Assembly (NCBI GenBank): GCA_049421205.1
Contig: JBMSMQ010000002.1
Coordinates: 1,313 to 65,312, forward strand
DNA: 64,000 nucleotides
From: Candidatus Nanopelagicales bacterium
GTDB lineage: Bacteria > Actinomycetota > Actinomycetes > S36-B12 > UBA5976
Direction: 5' to 3'
The number at the start of each line of letters is the position of its first letter. Positions within the stretch are counted from its first letter, which is position 1. The translations under genes were made by a program, and so were the position numbers. The notes below the pieces were generated by a model. The model did no database searches, had not been told where the DNA came from, and was given only the letters and a program-made list of their open reading frames with translations. Shown piece by piece: positions 10,933 to 23,954 of the stretch.

Positions 10933-11481
10933 CTAGCTACGGGCGAATTCTACCAACTCTGCTGCAGTCCGCTCTACGCTATGGTTTGTGAGCACAATAT
11001 CGAACTCATTTGCGCTCAAAATTTCTGATTGAGCCACCAAAAGTCTCGCTTGTATGCTCTTTTCATCTTCAGAACCTCTCCCCTCAAGACGTCGCACAAG
11101 GTCGTCCCAGGTTGGAGGCTGAATAAAGGCAAGTTGTGCCTCCGGATAATTGTCCCTCACTTGCCGGGCCCCTTGAAGTTCAATTTCTAGCAAAACTGGA
11201 ATTCCTTGCTCCAGTCGATCCAGCACAGGCTGTTGCGGGGTCCCATACAAATTCCCTGCAAATTCTGCCCACTCAAGCATTTCCCCGCGTTGAATAGTCA
11301 CTTCAAATGATTCACGAGAAACGAAGAAATATTCCCGGCCGTCAATTTCCCCCTGCCTCTGCTGACGGGTAGTCATAGAGACAGAAATCCAGATATCCGG
11401 AGCAATGTCTTGAATGTGCTTCACTATAGTTGACTTTCCGACACCACTTGGTCCCGAAACCACAACTAATTTACTTTTCAT
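10933..11481 (-). CDS. gmk: guanylate kinase
   Basis: P-loop SGPSGVGKST and TTRQQRQGE. ATG at 11481 chosen (11-nt overlap with the pyrF end). ATG 11499 and TTG 11505 are alternatives. Confidence 0.9.
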   Translation of the reverse strand: MKSKLVVVSGPSGVGKSTIVKHIQDIAPDIWISVSMTTRQQRQGEIDGREYFFVSRESFEVTIQRGEMLEWAEFAGNLYGTPQQPVLDRLEQGIPVLLEIELQGARQVRDNYPEAQLAFIQPPTWDDLVRRLEGRGSEDEKSIQARLLVAQSEILSANEFDIVLTNHSVERTAAELVEFARS

Positions 11482-12169
11482 AATTAGACCAATATTCATT
11501 CGCAAATTGCATTGCAGCTGTTCGAGGATCGTCTGCGGCTGTGATGGGGCGACCGATCACAACTATATCTGAACCCCGTTGTATTGCTTCACTGAGTGAC
11601 ATCGTTCGCTCTTGGTCGTCTAATTTTTCACTTTGATTTCGAATACCAGGAACGATAATTTCAACGGTATCCCCAACGATCGCACGAATACTTTCAACTT
11701 CATGCCCAGAACACACAATAGCACCTACTCCTGCCGTAAGTGCAGATTCAGCTAGTTTGCTTGCATACTCTTCAATTGAACTACCTGACCATTGAGCAAG
11801 GTCATTCTTTGATAATGAAGTCAAGACTGTAACGGCCGTGATTTTAGTGTGAGGTAATTCAGAAACGGCTCTTTTCATCATTTCAATTCCACCAGATGCA
11901 TGTACTGTCAAATAATCCGGTTCAAACTTTGAGAGACTTTTGCATGCCCCAGCAACAGTGTTCGGAATGTCATGAAGTTTTACATCTAGGAATAATTCGC
12001 AACCAGTTTCCTTGGCGAGGTCCAGAGCCATACGTCCATCTCTATAAAATGTTTGCAGACCGATTTTCAGGATTCTGACATAGGGGCTTACATGCTCAGC
12101 AATTCGCTTCACATCCTCGAGGTGAGGTAGGTCAAGTGCAACAGCAATAGGTGCTTTGGGATTATTCAT
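11471..12169 (-). CDS. pyrF: orotidine-5'-phosphate decarboxylase
   Basis: Motifs IAVALD and LDVKLHDIPNTV. ATG at 12169 (MNNPKAPIAVALD) replaces the longer track ORF that runs into pyrD. Confidence 0.92.
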   Translation of the reverse strand: MNNPKAPIAVALDLPHLEDVKRIAEHVSPYVRILKIGLQTFYRDGRMALDLAKETGCELFLDVKLHDIPNTVAGACKSLSKFEPDYLTVHASGGIEMMKRAVSELPHTKITAVTVLTSLSKNDLAQWSGSSIEEYASKLAESALTAGVGAIVCSGHEVESIRAIVGDTVEIIVPGIRNQSEKLDDQERTMSLSEAIQRGSDIVVIGRPITAADDPRTAAMQFANEYWSNYEK

Positions 12170-13085
12170 GTGCAATGCCAACTGCTTCACTGACGGAAGA
12201 AATACCATGACGTGAAAGTTCTTCGGTTAACTCTCTCTGAATTCGAATGGGAGCAAGTGGATCGCCAAATGTTGCGGTACCAATACTGACTGCAGATGCA
12301 CCGGCAGCGATGAATTCCAATGCATCCTTTCCGCTTCGAATACCTCCCATACCAAGTATCGGAAGACTCGGTAGTGCTTGATGGATTTGATATACACACC
12401 GAACTGCAACCGGTCGAATCGCGGGCCCTGACAATCCCCCAGTGATTCCACCTAGTGTTGGTTTCAGTGTTTCAGATGAGATTGACATTGCCAAAAGTGT
12501 ATTAATTACTGAAACACCATCGGCTCCTGAAATTTGAACTGCACGAGCAATTTCAGTGATGTCGGTAACATCAGGTGTGAGTTTGGCGAGTAGCACAACA
12601 TCATTTCCAACTGCACGTCTCACTTGCCCAACAACCTCACTTGCTGACTGCGGAGCACAAGCGAACACCAATCCCCTATTCGACACATTCGGACAAGAAA
12701 TGTTGATTTCAATTGCGCTCACTGCGGGATGATTTTGTAAACGCCGAGCGATTCGCACAAACTCTTCAGCAGTATTACCTGCAATTGAAACAACTGTAGT
12801 AACTCCACGTTCGTAAAGCCATGCCAAATCTTTTTCGATGAATTCATCAATACCAGGACCCTGCAAGCCAATCGAGTTAATCATTCCCGATGGTGTTTCC
12901 ACCATTCGTGGCGTTGGGCGGCCCGATCGTGCATTCTGCATAATGCTTTTGGTGACAATTCCACCAATCGAAGTGATGTCGAAGAATGAATCTAATTCTT
13001 TTCCCGATGCAGCGCAACCACTGGCCGTGAGTACTGGCGTATTTAAAGTGAGGGAACCTAGAGCCGTTGTTAAGTCAAGAGTCAT
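12162..13085 (-). CDS. pyrD: dihydroorotate dehydrogenase, class 1B catalytic subunit
   Basis: Motifs TASGC, NSIGLQGPG and NISCPN. Paired with an upstream pyrK-type electron-transfer subunit. ATGA overlap with pyrK. Confidence 0.92.
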   Translation of the reverse strand: MTLDLTTALGSLTLNTPVLTASGCAASGKELDSFFDITSIGGIVTKSIMQNARSGRPTPRMVETPSGMINSIGLQGPGIDEFIEKDLAWLYERGVTTVVSIAGNTAEEFVRIARRLQNHPAVSAIEINISCPNVSNRGLVFACAPQSASEVVGQVRRAVGNDVVLLAKLTPDVTDITEIARAVQISGADGVSVINTLLAMSISSETLKPTLGGITGGLSGPAIRPVAVRCVYQIHQALPSLPILGMGGIRSGKDALEFIAAGASAVSIGTATFGDPLAPIRIQRELTEELSRHGISSVSEAVGIAHE

Positions 13086-13933
13086 ACAGAACCACCTGGC
13101 GCACCAACACAGTCCTCAGGGATGGTTCCGATAGCATCAAATCGCACGAAATCTCCACGGAAAACAGGGCCATCAACGCAGGAACGAAGCATTCGAGTGA
13201 CACCAGTTTGATCTTGAATAGGCAGAACACACGTCATACAAACACCAATTCCGCATGCCATACTTTCTTCAACTGCACACTGAGTGACTACACCGTAACG
13301 CGTAGCAATTGTGGTGACTGCTTCCAACATTGGCATTGGGCCACATGCATAAATCACATTCGTTTCTGCCTTTTGAATCATGTCCTCTAACGAATCTGTC
13401 ACCAATCCTTGGTGTCCATGCGTTCCGTCTTGAGTAAAAACTTCAAAAAATCTTGATTCCCGTTTAGCATTCATTGTGTCGAATAATTTCTCACTTGTGC
13501 TTGCACCGAGAATGAAATCAACTGAACATTGTCGCTTCTTCAGTTCTTTTGCAAGGAACACTAATGGGGCACTGCCATATCCACCGCCGATGAGAAGACA
13601 ATTCACTGGTGTTTTAGGTAAGGGGAAGCCTTTTCCTAGCGGTGAAACAACATCGAGAGATTTTCCTGGCTCTTGTTCTGTAATCCATCGTGTGCCAGGA
13701 CCATGCCCACTTACAATGATTTCTAACGTTTGTCCCTGCGCAGAATCAGTATTGATATTATGGATGCTAAATGCTCGACGCAAAATCATCCCAGTGTTAT
13801 CGCCGCCAACTGACAGCGATGCAAATTGTCCAACCCTCACATTAGTTGCAATTGTCGGTGCAGCAAGAATCAGACGGTGATATGCGCCTTCCCGCTTATT
13901 TGCGAGAATCGTTGCCAAGTGTTGTTCCGGCAT
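13082..13933 (-). CDS. pyrK: dihydroorotate dehydrogenase electron-transfer subunit (FAD, 2Fe-2S)
   Basis: Ferredoxin-reductase fold with C-terminal cluster motif CGIGVCMTC...C. Position directly upstream of pyrD. Confidence 0.88.
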   Translation of the reverse strand: MPEQHLATILANKREGAYHRLILAAPTIATNVRVGQFASLSVGGDNTGMILRRAFSIHNINTDSAQGQTLEIIVSGHGPGTRWITEQEPGKSLDVVSPLGKGFPLPKTPVNCLLIGGGYGSAPLVFLAKELKKRQCSVDFILGASTSEKLFDTMNAKRESRFFEVFTQDGTHGHQGLVTDSLEDMIQKAETNVIYACGPMPMLEAVTTIATRYGVVTQCAVEESMACGIGVCMTCVLPIQDQTGVTRMLRSCVDGPVFRGDFVRFDAIGTIPEDCVGAPGGSV

Positions 13934-16900
13934 TTAAATTCCAGTCTGCGATAGTTCGGCTGCGTATTCCTGAAGCGATTGTACGGAAAGGTCAGTGCTG
14001 AGTAGCACTTCAAGTGCCTGCACCGTGGCGGCTAAACCTTGAATCGTGGTGATCGAAGGAATCGACCGAAGGCTCGCTGCGGTCCGAATTGCATACCCAT
14101 CTTCCCGTGAGCCCCTGCCATGTGGCGTATTGATTATGATATCAATCTCTTGATCCATAATCTGCTGCACGATGGTCGGCTCACCAAATGGTCCAACTCC
14201 CTCCGAGTGTTTTCTCACCTCCGTAACTTTCACTCCGTTTCTTCGTAGCACATCAGCAGTTCCAGCCGTTGCGTAGAGTCCGAAACCAAGATCATATAAA
14301 CGCTTTATTGGAAAAATCATTGCTCGCTTATCCCGATCCGCAACACTTACGAATGCTTTGCCAGATCGCGGTAAACCTTTCGAACTTGCCGCTAACTGCG
14401 CTTTGAGAAATGCTGCACCAAACGAATGATCAATCCCCATGACCTCGCCAGTTGATTTCATTTCTGGTCCCAAGACCGTGTCAACTCCATGAAACTTTGA
14501 AAACGGTAGCACTGCTTCTTTGACAGCAATATGTTTCAAATTAGTTCGAGACACTGCATCATAAGACGGGAGCACTTTGACATTTCTCAATTCAGCAATG
14601 GTTGCTCCTAGTGCGATACGTGCAGCAGCTTTTGCAAGAGCAACATTCGTGGCTTTCGAGACGAATGGGACTGTTCTGCTAGCGCGCGGATTTGCCTCCA
14701 ACACATAAAGAACATCTCCAGATAAAGCAAATTGAATATTGATGAGACCTCGAACATCAATTGCTTTTGCAATCTTGAAGGTAGCAGACTGAATGCGATT
14801 AATTTCATTTGGACCTAAAGTGATAGGCGGGAGTGTGCAGGCACTATCGCCAGAGTGAACACCAGCTTCTTCAATGTGCTCCATGATGCCAGCAAGAAAT
14901 AGATCATTGCCATCGAATAATGCATCGACATCTATTTCAATTGCGTCATCAAGGAATCTGTCAATCATCACTGGATGATTTGGTTCAATCTCAGTTGCAT
15001 TCTTGAGGTAACCTTCAAGAGTTTCCTCATCATAAACAATAGCCATTCCACGCCCACCTAGTACATAGGATGGGCGAACCAAAACTGGATATCCGATAGT
15101 CAGAGCGTGTTCTTTAGCGTCAATGAACGATGAGGCCATCGCATACGGTGGCGCTTGTAGTTCATTCTCGATGAGAATTTTGCCGAAAGAACCTCTTTCT
15201 TCTGCTCGATGAATTGCAGAAGGACTCGTTCCCAATATCTTCACACCTGCGGCTTCCAAGCTAGCCGCTAGTCCTAGCGGTGTCTGTCCCCCTAATTGGC
15301 AAATTACTCCAGCAACAGGTCCAAGTGCCGATTCGGCATCTATTACCTCCAAGACATCTTCGAGCGTTAAAGGTTCAAAATACAGCCGACTTGAAGTGTC
15401 ATAATCAGTTGAAACAGTTTCAGGATTACAGTTCACCATAATAGTGTCGTAACCAAGTTCACGTAACGTCATCGATGCGTGAACACAGCTGTAATCAAAT
15501 TCGATTCCTTGACCAATTCGATTCGGTCCACTTCCTAAAATAAAAACGGCCTCTTTTGTTCTCGGAGCAATTTCACTTTCAAGATCGTAACTCGAATAGT
15601 GGTATGGAGTGAAGGCTTCGAATTCAGCAGAGCAAGTATCTACAGTTTTGTAGACGGGTCGAATCCCGAGCTTGTGTCTTAACGAGCGAATATCTTTTAC
15701 AGCAACATGAAGTAATGTTGCAAGTTGCGAATCCGAAAATCCGTGACGTTTTGCCTTGAAGAGCAATTCCCTATCAAGTTCCAAGGTCAGTATTTCTCGA
15801 GCAATTGAATTAATAATTTCAATTTGCGACAAAAACCACGGATCAATTTTTGAAGCCGAATGAACCTCATCAATGCTGAGACCTGCCCACAAGGCTTGTT
15901 GCACGACATTTATCCGGTTTTCATGTCCATAAGAGCCTTCACTTAGCAATTGCTCTTTCGTTAACTCTGTATCGGTGAATTTGAACTCTGCATCCTTTTT
16001 CTCTATCGAACGAAGCGCCTTTTGTAATGCCTCGGTGAAGTTTCGACCGATAGCCATAGCCTCGCCGACAGATTTCATATGAGTCGTTAATTTTGGGTTT
16101 ACTCCAGGGAATTTTTCAAATGCAAACCGTGGAACCTTTACAACCACATAGTCCAATGTTGGCTCGAAACTAGCAGGAGTTTTCTTCGTAATATCGTTTG
16201 CAATTTCATCTAAGGTGTAACCGATTGCAAGTTTTGCTGCAATTTTGGCAATAGGAAAGCCCGTTGCCTTGGACGCTAATGCTGATGATCGTGAGACTCG
16301 GGGGTTCATTTCGATGACTATCATCCGACCATCCACTGGATTGATGGCGAATTGAATATTACATCCGCCCGTATCAACACCAACTTTTCGAATAATATCG
16401 ATTCCAACATCTCTCATGTGTTGAAATTCTCTGTCCGTAAGTGTCATGGCAGGCGCTACAGTGATGGAATCGCCGGTATGCACACCCATCGGATCGAAAT
16501 TTTCAATCGAGCAAATAATGACGACGTTGTCGTTTCTATCCCGCATCAATTCAAGCTCAAATTCTTTCCACCCAAAGATTGATTCTTCGATGAGCACCTC
16601 TGTCGTCGGGCTTGCAAGTAAACCTGCTGTCGCAATTTCCCGAAGCTCTGATTCACTATGCGCAAAGCCGCTTCCAGATCCCCCCATCGTGAAGGATGGT
16701 CTGACAACGAGTGGGTATCCAAGTTCTGCTGCCGCTTGGATGACTTCATCCAGTGTGTGACACACATGAGATCGAGCACTTTCTGCACCTATTTCCTCGA
16801 CAATGGAACGAAATTGTTCGCGATTTTCTCCACGTTTAATTGCGTCAACATTCGCTCCAATGAGTTCAACTCCGTAGCGTTCTAACACACCGCTTTCATG

Positions 16901-17206
16901 GAGTTCCATAGCGACATTGAGAGCAGTTTGCCCTCCTAGTGTTGGCAATAAAGCTTGTGGCCGCTCTTTGGCAATAACTTTCGCAACAAATTCTTTCGTA
17001 ATCGGTTCAATGTATGTGGCATCTGCAAACTCAGGGTCAGTCATGATTGTTGCTGGATTGCTATTTACGAGTATCACTCGAATACCTTCAGATTTCAGGA
17101 CTCGACAGGCTTGCGTACCTGAATAATCAAACTCGCATGCTTGCCCGATAATGATTGGCCCAGATCCGATGACAAGGACACTGTCGATATCACTTCGTTT
17201 TGGCAT
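13934..17206 (-). CDS. carB: carbamoyl-phosphate synthase large subunit
   Basis: About 1090 aa with duplicated ATP-grasp halves ([21 protein letters not shown] and [19 protein letters not shown]) and a C-terminal MGS-like domain. ATG at 17206 (MPKRSDI) rather than the track start at 17326. Confidence 0.97.
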   Translation of the reverse strand: MPKRSDIDSVLVIGSGPIIIGQACEFDYSGTQACRVLKSEGIRVILVNSNPATIMTDPEFADATYIEPITKEFVAKVIAKERPQALLPTLGGQTALNVAMELHESGVLERYGVELIGANVDAIKRGENREQFRSIVEEIGAESARSHVCHTLDEVIQAAAELGYPLVVRPSFTMGGSGSGFAHSESELREIATAGLLASPTTEVLIEESIFGWKEFELELMRDRNDNVVIICSIENFDPMGVHTGDSITVAPAMTLTDREFQHMRDVGIDIIRKVGVDTGGCNIQFAINPVDGRMIVIEMNPRVSRSSALASKATGFPIAKIAAKLAIGYTLDEIANDITKKTPASFEPTLDYVVVKVPRFAFEKFPGVNPKLTTHMKSVGEAMAIGRNFTEALQKALRSIEKKDAEFKFTDTELTKEQLLSEGSYGHENRINVVQQALWAGLSIDEVHSASKIDPWFLSQIEIINSIAREILTLELDRELLFKAKRHGFSDSQLATLLHVAVKDIRSLRHKLGIRPVYKTVDTCSAEFEAFTPYHYSSYDLESEIAPRTKEAVFILGSGPNRIGQGIEFDYSCVHASMTLRELGYDTIMVNCNPETVSTDYDTSSRLYFEPLTLEDVLEVIDAESALGPVAGVICQLGGQTPLGLAASLEAAGVKILGTSPSAIHRAEERGSFGKILIENELQAPPYAMASSFIDAKEHALTIGYPVLVRPSYVLGGRGMAIVYDEETLEGYLKNATEIEPNHPVMIDRFLDDAIEIDVDALFDGNDLFLAGIMEHIEEAGVHSGDSACTLPPITLGPNEINRIQSATFKIAKAIDVRGLINIQFALSGDVLYVLEANPRASRTVPFVSKATNVALAKAAARIALGATIAELRNVKVLPSYDAVSRTNLKHIAVKEAVLPFSKFHGVDTVLGPEMKSTGEVMGIDHSFGAAFLKAQLAASSKGLPRSGKAFVSVADRDKRAMIFPIKRLYDLGFGLYATAGTADVLRRNGVKVTEVRKHSEGVGPFGEPTIVQQIMDQEIDIIINTPHGRGSREDGYAIRTAASLRSIPSITTIQGLAATVQALEVLLSTDLSVQSLQEYAAELSQTGI

Positions 17207-18314
17207 ATAGCTCCAATGCGCTAACAAATCTATCGAAAAGGTATGCTGAATCGTGCGGTCCGGCTGCGGCTTCAGGGTGATACTGCACAGAGAATGCTGG
17301 AACATCGAGGCATTGCAATCCCTCAACTACATTGTCATTGAGACATATGTGGCTTACCTGCACTCGCCCAAACTCGCTCGAACTGATCTTGTCAATGGGT
17401 GCAGCTACAGCGAATCCATGGTTATGTGAAGTTATTTCAACTTTTCCAGTGGCTAAGTCTTTGACTGGCTGATTGATTCCTCTATGACCAAATTTCAATT
17501 TGTATGTTTCGAATCCAAGTGCTCGTCCAAGAATTTGATTACCAAAACAAATTCCAAAAAATGGAATCTTTTCTTTCAGCACATGTTGAACTAGTGAAAT
17601 CGCATGGTCCGCAGTTTGTGGATCACCTGGTCCATTGCTGACAAAGAAGCCATCCATATATAAGTCATCAAGTTCAGACACAGAAATTGAACTTGGTACA
17701 ACGTGAACTTCAATTCCGCGCTTTGACATGAGTTCTGGGGTCATCGATTTGATTCCCAGATCAAGTGCAACCACCTTGAATCGAGTTTCGCCAACTGCAG
17801 GTATTACATAGCGTTCACGCGTGGTGACCTCAGCGGAGAGGTCAAGGCCCTCCATAGTTTTAATGCTGAGCACTTCGGCAATGAGATCTTCAACGTCGGA
17901 TTCCGCAAATTTCCCACTGAAAATTCCTGCACGCATTGCACCTTTGTCTCTAAGATGACGAGTGATTGCTCTTGTGTCAACTTCTGAAATCCCGACAATA
18001 GATTGACGTTGGAGTTCTGATTCCAAACTCGTTTCTGCTCGCCAATTTGAAACAATTGGAGAACATTCACGAACAACAAATCCCGATACCCAAATTCGAT
18101 CACTTTCTTCATCAACTCGGTTCATCCCGGTATTTCCAATATGTGGTGCAGTCATCACGACAATCTGTCGATGATAACTCGGATCAGTGAGCGTCTCTTG
18201 ATATCCAGACATTCCTGTTTGAAATACTGCTTCTCCAGTGGTTCGACCAATATGACCAAAAGCACGGCCTTCAAAAACTCGACCGTCCTCAAACACAAGT
18301 ACTGCTTTAGTCAC
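17190..18314 (-). CDS. carA: carbamoyl-phosphate synthase small (glutaminase) subunit
   Basis: GATase catalytic Cys in GICFGNQIL, plus HNHGF and QYHPE. GTG start at 18314. Confidence 0.96.
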   Translation of the reverse strand: MTKAVLVFEDGRVFEGRAFGHIGRTTGEAVFQTGMSGYQETLTDPSYHRQIVVMTAPHIGNTGMNRVDEESDRIWVSGFVVRECSPIVSNWRAETSLESELQRQSIVGISEVDTRAITRHLRDKGAMRAGIFSGKFAESDVEDLIAEVLSIKTMEGLDLSAEVTTRERYVIPAVGETRFKVVALDLGIKSMTPELMSKRGIEVHVVPSSISVSELDDLYMDGFFVSNGPGDPQTADHAISLVQHVLKEKIPFFGICFGNQILGRALGFETYKLKFGHRGINQPVKDLATGKVEITSHNHGFAVAAPIDKISSSEFGRVQVSHICLNDNVVEGLQCLDVPAFSVQYHPEAAAGPHDSAYLFDRFVSALELYAKTK

Positions 18315-18816
18315 GCTTTACTCCCAATTCAAGGATAGAGATATGATCGCGTGCATTGAGTGTACGAAATCCAGTGACAACCGCAGTCGAACCAAGTTCC
18401 CATGTAATACCTATAAGACCTTCGGCTTCAAAAACTTTCCCAGCAAGCGCATTGATTGATTCGATGGAACGCATTTGATCGAATGAAATGAATAAATCTT
18501 CTGACTTCAGGATGATGCCTACACCGTCATCGAAAATTTGCAACGTAGCTTGACTTGGAAAGGCAAGGCTGTTGATATGAACACGCTTCAGCCAATCGTC
18601 GGCGTAGGTGGTTGCGATATATTTCCCCTCGTACACATATAGTGGGGTTCGCCCTTCAATTCCTAAAGGTTGTTCAAGTTCTTGATCCCTCATAGCTTTT
18701 GATTTCCAGTTTTTGTACATTGCGAAATAAATCAATGACACAATTCCTACGAATAACAAAGTTAGCCCAATTCTTTCCGGCCAGGCAGTTATCTCGGCTG
18801 AGCTTTGGAAAATCAT
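18307..18816 (-). CDS. conserved membrane-anchored protein of unknown function in the pyr operon
   Basis: 169 aa with one N-terminal TM segment ([19 protein letters not shown]) and a soluble C-terminal domain. ATGA overlap with pyrC upstream and an 8-nt overlap with carA downstream. Same slot as the uncharacterised gene between pyrC and carA in mycobacteria (from memory). Confidence 0.7.
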   Translation of the reverse strand: MIFQSSAEITAWPERIGLTLLFVGIVSLIYFAMYKNWKSKAMRDQELEQPLGIEGRTPLYVYEGKYIATTYADDWLKRVHINSLAFPSQATLQIFDDGVGIILKSEDLFISFDQMRSIESINALAGKVFEAEGLIGITWELGSTAVVTGFRTLNARDHISILELGVKRD

Positions 18817-20083
18817 ACGTTTGCCTCTTCGTCGCGATAGGTGATTCTTCCGCGCAGCATTGTCATCATCACTGTACCCTGCAAAGTCATAGCATCATAT
18901 GGATTGTTAGTTGACTTACTGAAAGTATCATTCTTATCTACACGATAGCTCTTATCAATATCAAAAAGCACCAAGTTGGCAGGCTCTCCAATTGCAACTG
19001 GGCGTCCATGTTGTGGTACTTGCCCGATGACAGCTGGTCTTGCAGATAAAACGTCTGCGAGTTTTTCAATTGACATCGTTCCTTCTTTCACCAGGACGGT
19101 ATATGCAACTGATAGTGCAGTCTCGAGTCCTAGCATTCCAAACGCTGCTACCTGCCACTCGCAATCCTTACTTTCGAGTGGATGTGGCGCATGATCAGTA
19201 GCGATGATGTCGATGACACCATTCTGAACACCTTCACGCAATGCCAGAACATCGTCTCGTGATCGTAATGGAGGATTCACTTTGTACATCGGATCATAAT
19301 TCTCGACAAGGTCTTCTGTGAGCAGTAGATGGTGTGGCGTAACTTCAGCAGTGACTTCTATCCCATTTTCTTTTGCACGTTGAATAATCTCAACACTACC
19401 GCGAGTGCTAACGTGACAAATATGCAGTTTACCTTTGACGTGTTGTGCAAGCAGTACGTCTCTAGCGATGATTGCCTCCTCTGCAACTGCGGGCCACCCC
19501 TTCAAACCTAGACGTGAACTGAGCTCACTTTCATTCATTTGAGAACCCACAGTGAGTAAGGGGTCTTGAGCATGCTGAGCAATGACGCCACCGAATGCTT
19601 TCACGTATTCAAGAGCTCTTCTCATAAGCAATGGATCTGAAACACATCTGCCATCATCACTAAAGATTCTCACTCGCGCTTCTGAATCAGCCATTGCTCC
19701 TAATTCAGCTAACTGTTCACCTTCTAAGTTCTTAGTTACTGCACCAATTGGATACACATCACAAAGTCCTGCAGCCAGACCAAGATGGAAAACTTGCTCG
19801 ACTACGCCGGCGGTATCTCCCACAGGTGACGTGTTGGGCATAGCGTGTAGCGCCGTGAAGCCGCCACGTGCTCCGGCGCGCGATGCGCTGAGAACTGTTT
19901 CGCTTTCTTCGAAGCCGGGTTCACGCATATGTGTATGCAAATCGACAAGGCCCGGTAGGAGTACTCGTCCTTTGCAATCATTTTCTATGGGAAGCGATCC
20001 TGCTGAGGTGATGTTGACGATATAGCCTTCATTGATTTCAACATCGGCCAAGTATTTTCCTAATATGTTTACATTGTTAAGGA

Positions 20084-20087
<4 letters not shown>
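18813..20087 (-). CDS. pyrC: dihydroorotase
   Basis: Metal-binding [10 protein letters not shown] and ATDHAPH. 424 aa. GTGA overlap with pyrB. Confidence 0.95.
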
Positions 20088-21585
<1,498 letters not shown>

Positions 21586-21649
21586 TTAAAGGATGGCTGA
21601 ACCCTATCAGGTAAATAAAAAGAAAGAATCAATGAGTTCTAAGGTGTGT

Positions 21650-23077
21650 CTAAATCCCTGCTTCGTCAGCACCAACGGTGTGAACGCGAAGCCCATTCGT
21701 TGAACCCGTGACTCCTGGAGGCACACCGGCAACAAGCACGATGAGTTCTCCCGCTGTGACGCGATCTATATCAAGCAATGCTCTATCGACTTGCTGCACC
21801 ATATCGTCTGTGTGAGTGACTGGCTTGACGAGGAACGTCTCAACACCCCAACAGATGGAAAGTTGCGACCTTGTCCTAGGTCTGGAGGTAAAAGCCAAAA
21901 TAGGCGTGGCATGGCGGTGACGAGCCATCAGTTTGGCGCTTTTGCCAGTTTCAGTAAACGCTACAAGGAAACTCGCTGAGACTTTCTCCGCAATTACACC
22001 CGCGCTATGTGTTACCGCCTTTGCCGTCGAGGAAACCGATTCTTTTGGTAATTTCGGTAAACGCTCAAGTGCTTGACTCTCGACATGCTCAATGATTCGA
22101 GACATTGTCTCTACTACAAGATCTGGATGCTCCCCGACGCTCGTCTCTGCAGATAGCATCAAGGCATCCGCACCATCAAGTACGGCATTTGCCACGTCAC
22201 TCGCCTCTGCGCGCGTGGGTCGACTTGAATTCACCATTGAGTCCAGCATTTGCGTAGCTACAATGACGGGTTTACCTGCAATTCGGGCTAGCGTGACACA
22301 TTGTTTCTGCACAAGCGGAACTTCTTCGAGCGGTAATTCAACTCCCAAGTCCCCGCGAGCTACCATAATGCCGTCAAAACTTTCCACAATTTCTTGCAAG
22401 TTAGCAACTGCTTGAGGTTTTTCAATCTTCGCAATGACAGGTAGCCGAGTTCCCTCTTCATCCATGATTTTATGAACATCAATGATGTCTTGAGCACTGC
22501 GAACAAAAGATAGTGCAACCATATCCACACCAGTTCGAATTCCCCATCGTAAATCTTCGATATCTTTCTCACTGAGTGCGGGGACGCTCACTGCAACTCC
22601 TGGGAGATTAATTCCCTTACTGTTGCTAATCACACCACCTTCTATGACTTTAGTTATAACTTCCGGCTTCTTGACTGTCACAACTTCTAGAAGAATTTTT
22701 CCATCGTCAATCAAAATCTTGTCACCAGGCGAAACATCCTCACACAAACCTGCATAGGTGGTAGAACACTTTTCTGCATCTCCATCATAAGTGTCCGTGG
22801 TGATTGTGAAATTTTGACCATTTACGAGAGTTTCAGTACCGTTTCGAAATTTGCCAACCCGAATCTTGGGCCCTTGTAAATCAACGAAGATACCAATGCC
22901 TTTACCTAATTTGTCTGATGCTGTCCGCACTGCTTTGTAACGCGCTAGATGATCATCGTGAGAGCCATGAGAGAGATTCAATCGCGCAACGTCCATACCT
23001 GCACGCATAAGTCGTTCGAGTTGCTCTACGGTTTCTGCTGCGGGCCCGAGTGTGCACACTATTTTTGCGCGACGCAC
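21650..23077 (-). CDS. pyk: pyruvate kinase
   Basis: Motifs RRAKIVCTLGP and MVARGDLGVE. 475 aa. GTG start preceded by GAAAGGAA. Confidence 0.96.
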   Translation of the reverse strand: MRRAKIVCTLGPAAETVEQLERLMRAGMDVARLNLSHGSHDDHLARYKAVRTASDKLGKGIGIFVDLQGPKIRVGKFRNGTETLVNGQNFTITTDTYDGDAEKCSTTYAGLCEDVSPGDKILIDDGKILLEVVTVKKPEVITKVIEGGVISNSKGINLPGVAVSVPALSEKDIEDLRWGIRTGVDMVALSFVRSAQDIIDVHKIMDEEGTRLPVIAKIEKPQAVANLQEIVESFDGIMVARGDLGVELPLEEVPLVQKQCVTLARIAGKPVIVATQMLDSMVNSSRPTRAEASDVANAVLDGADALMLSAETSVGEHPDLVVETMSRIIEHVESQALERLPKLPKESVSSTAKAVTHSAGVIAEKVSASFLVAFTETGKSAKLMARHRHATPILAFTSRPRTRSQLSICWGVETFLVKPVTHTDDMVQQVDRALLDIDRVTAGELIVLVAGVPPGVTGSTNGLRVHTVGADEAGI

Positions 23078-23127
23078 AATATTCCTTTCAAAATGGTGAA
23101 TAGAGGGTAATCGTAGTTACTTCTTCT

Positions 23128-23946
23128 TCATTCTTGAGTAATTTCAGTAGATGTTGAAGTTCTTCTCGAGTGGAGAAACCATAGAAGAGCTACTATTCCA
23201 ACAATTGAGGCTGTAAAAACATTCAAACGAATGCCTAGTATGGTGTTTGCCGTATCAATTCTAAGCATTTCTATCCATACGCGTCCAAGCGTATAAAGCA
23301 CAATATAAAGCGCGAATACTTGTCCGTTCTTGAGGTGGAATCGTTTCTCCAACTGAAGAAGAAGTATCGCAACACCTATGCACCAAAGGGATTCATACAA
23401 AAATGTTGGATGGAACGTTGCGAATGTTTCATATCCGCCTGGTCTAAAAATGGGATCTATTTCCAGAGCCCAAGGTAGAGATGTAGGTGCTCCAAAAAGC
23501 TCTTGATTGAAATAATTTCCAAATCTGCCAATCGCTTGCGCAATTGCTACCCCTGGGGCAAGTGTGTCTGCAAGTAGTCGAATCGAGAGGTTATATTTCT
23601 TTGCAGCAAACCACGCACCAAAAAAACCAAATGCGACGGCACCCCAGATTCCAAGTCCGCCATCCCAAATTCGAAGTGTGGCAATAAATCCTCTCCCGTT
23701 TTCACCAAAATATATTTGCCAGTCACTGACGACGTGATAGAACCTGCCACCAAGAATTCCAATAGGTACCACGAACATCGCGACATTAATTATGTCATCA
23801 GCATCTCCGCCGCGAGATACCCAACGCTTTTGACCCAAGCGAATCGCCACAAAGATTCCAATGACAATAAAAAGTGCATAGGCCCGCAATGGAAACGGGC
23901 CTATGAACCATACGCTTTGGTCCGGCGAAGGAATCGCGCTTATCAT
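23128..23946 (-). CDS. lgt: prolipoprotein diacylglyceryl transferase
   Basis: Polytopic membrane protein with GGRFYH and GRFGNYFNQELFG motifs. Sits downstream of the trpBA cluster, where lgt conventionally follows trpA. Confidence 0.93.
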   Translation of the reverse strand: MISAIPSPDQSVWFIGPFPLRAYALFIVIGIFVAIRLGQKRWVSRGGDADDIINVAMFVVPIGILGGRFYHVVSDWQIYFGENGRGFIATLRIWDGGLGIWGAVAFGFFGAWFAAKKYNLSIRLLADTLAPGVAIAQAIGRFGNYFNQELFGAPTSLPWALEIDPIFRPGGYETFATFHPTFLYESLWCIGVAILLLQLEKRFHLKNGQVFALYIVLYTLGRVWIEMLRIDTANTILGIRLNVFTASIVGIVALLWFLHSRRTSTSTEITQE

Positions 23947-23954
23947 GAAATCGA

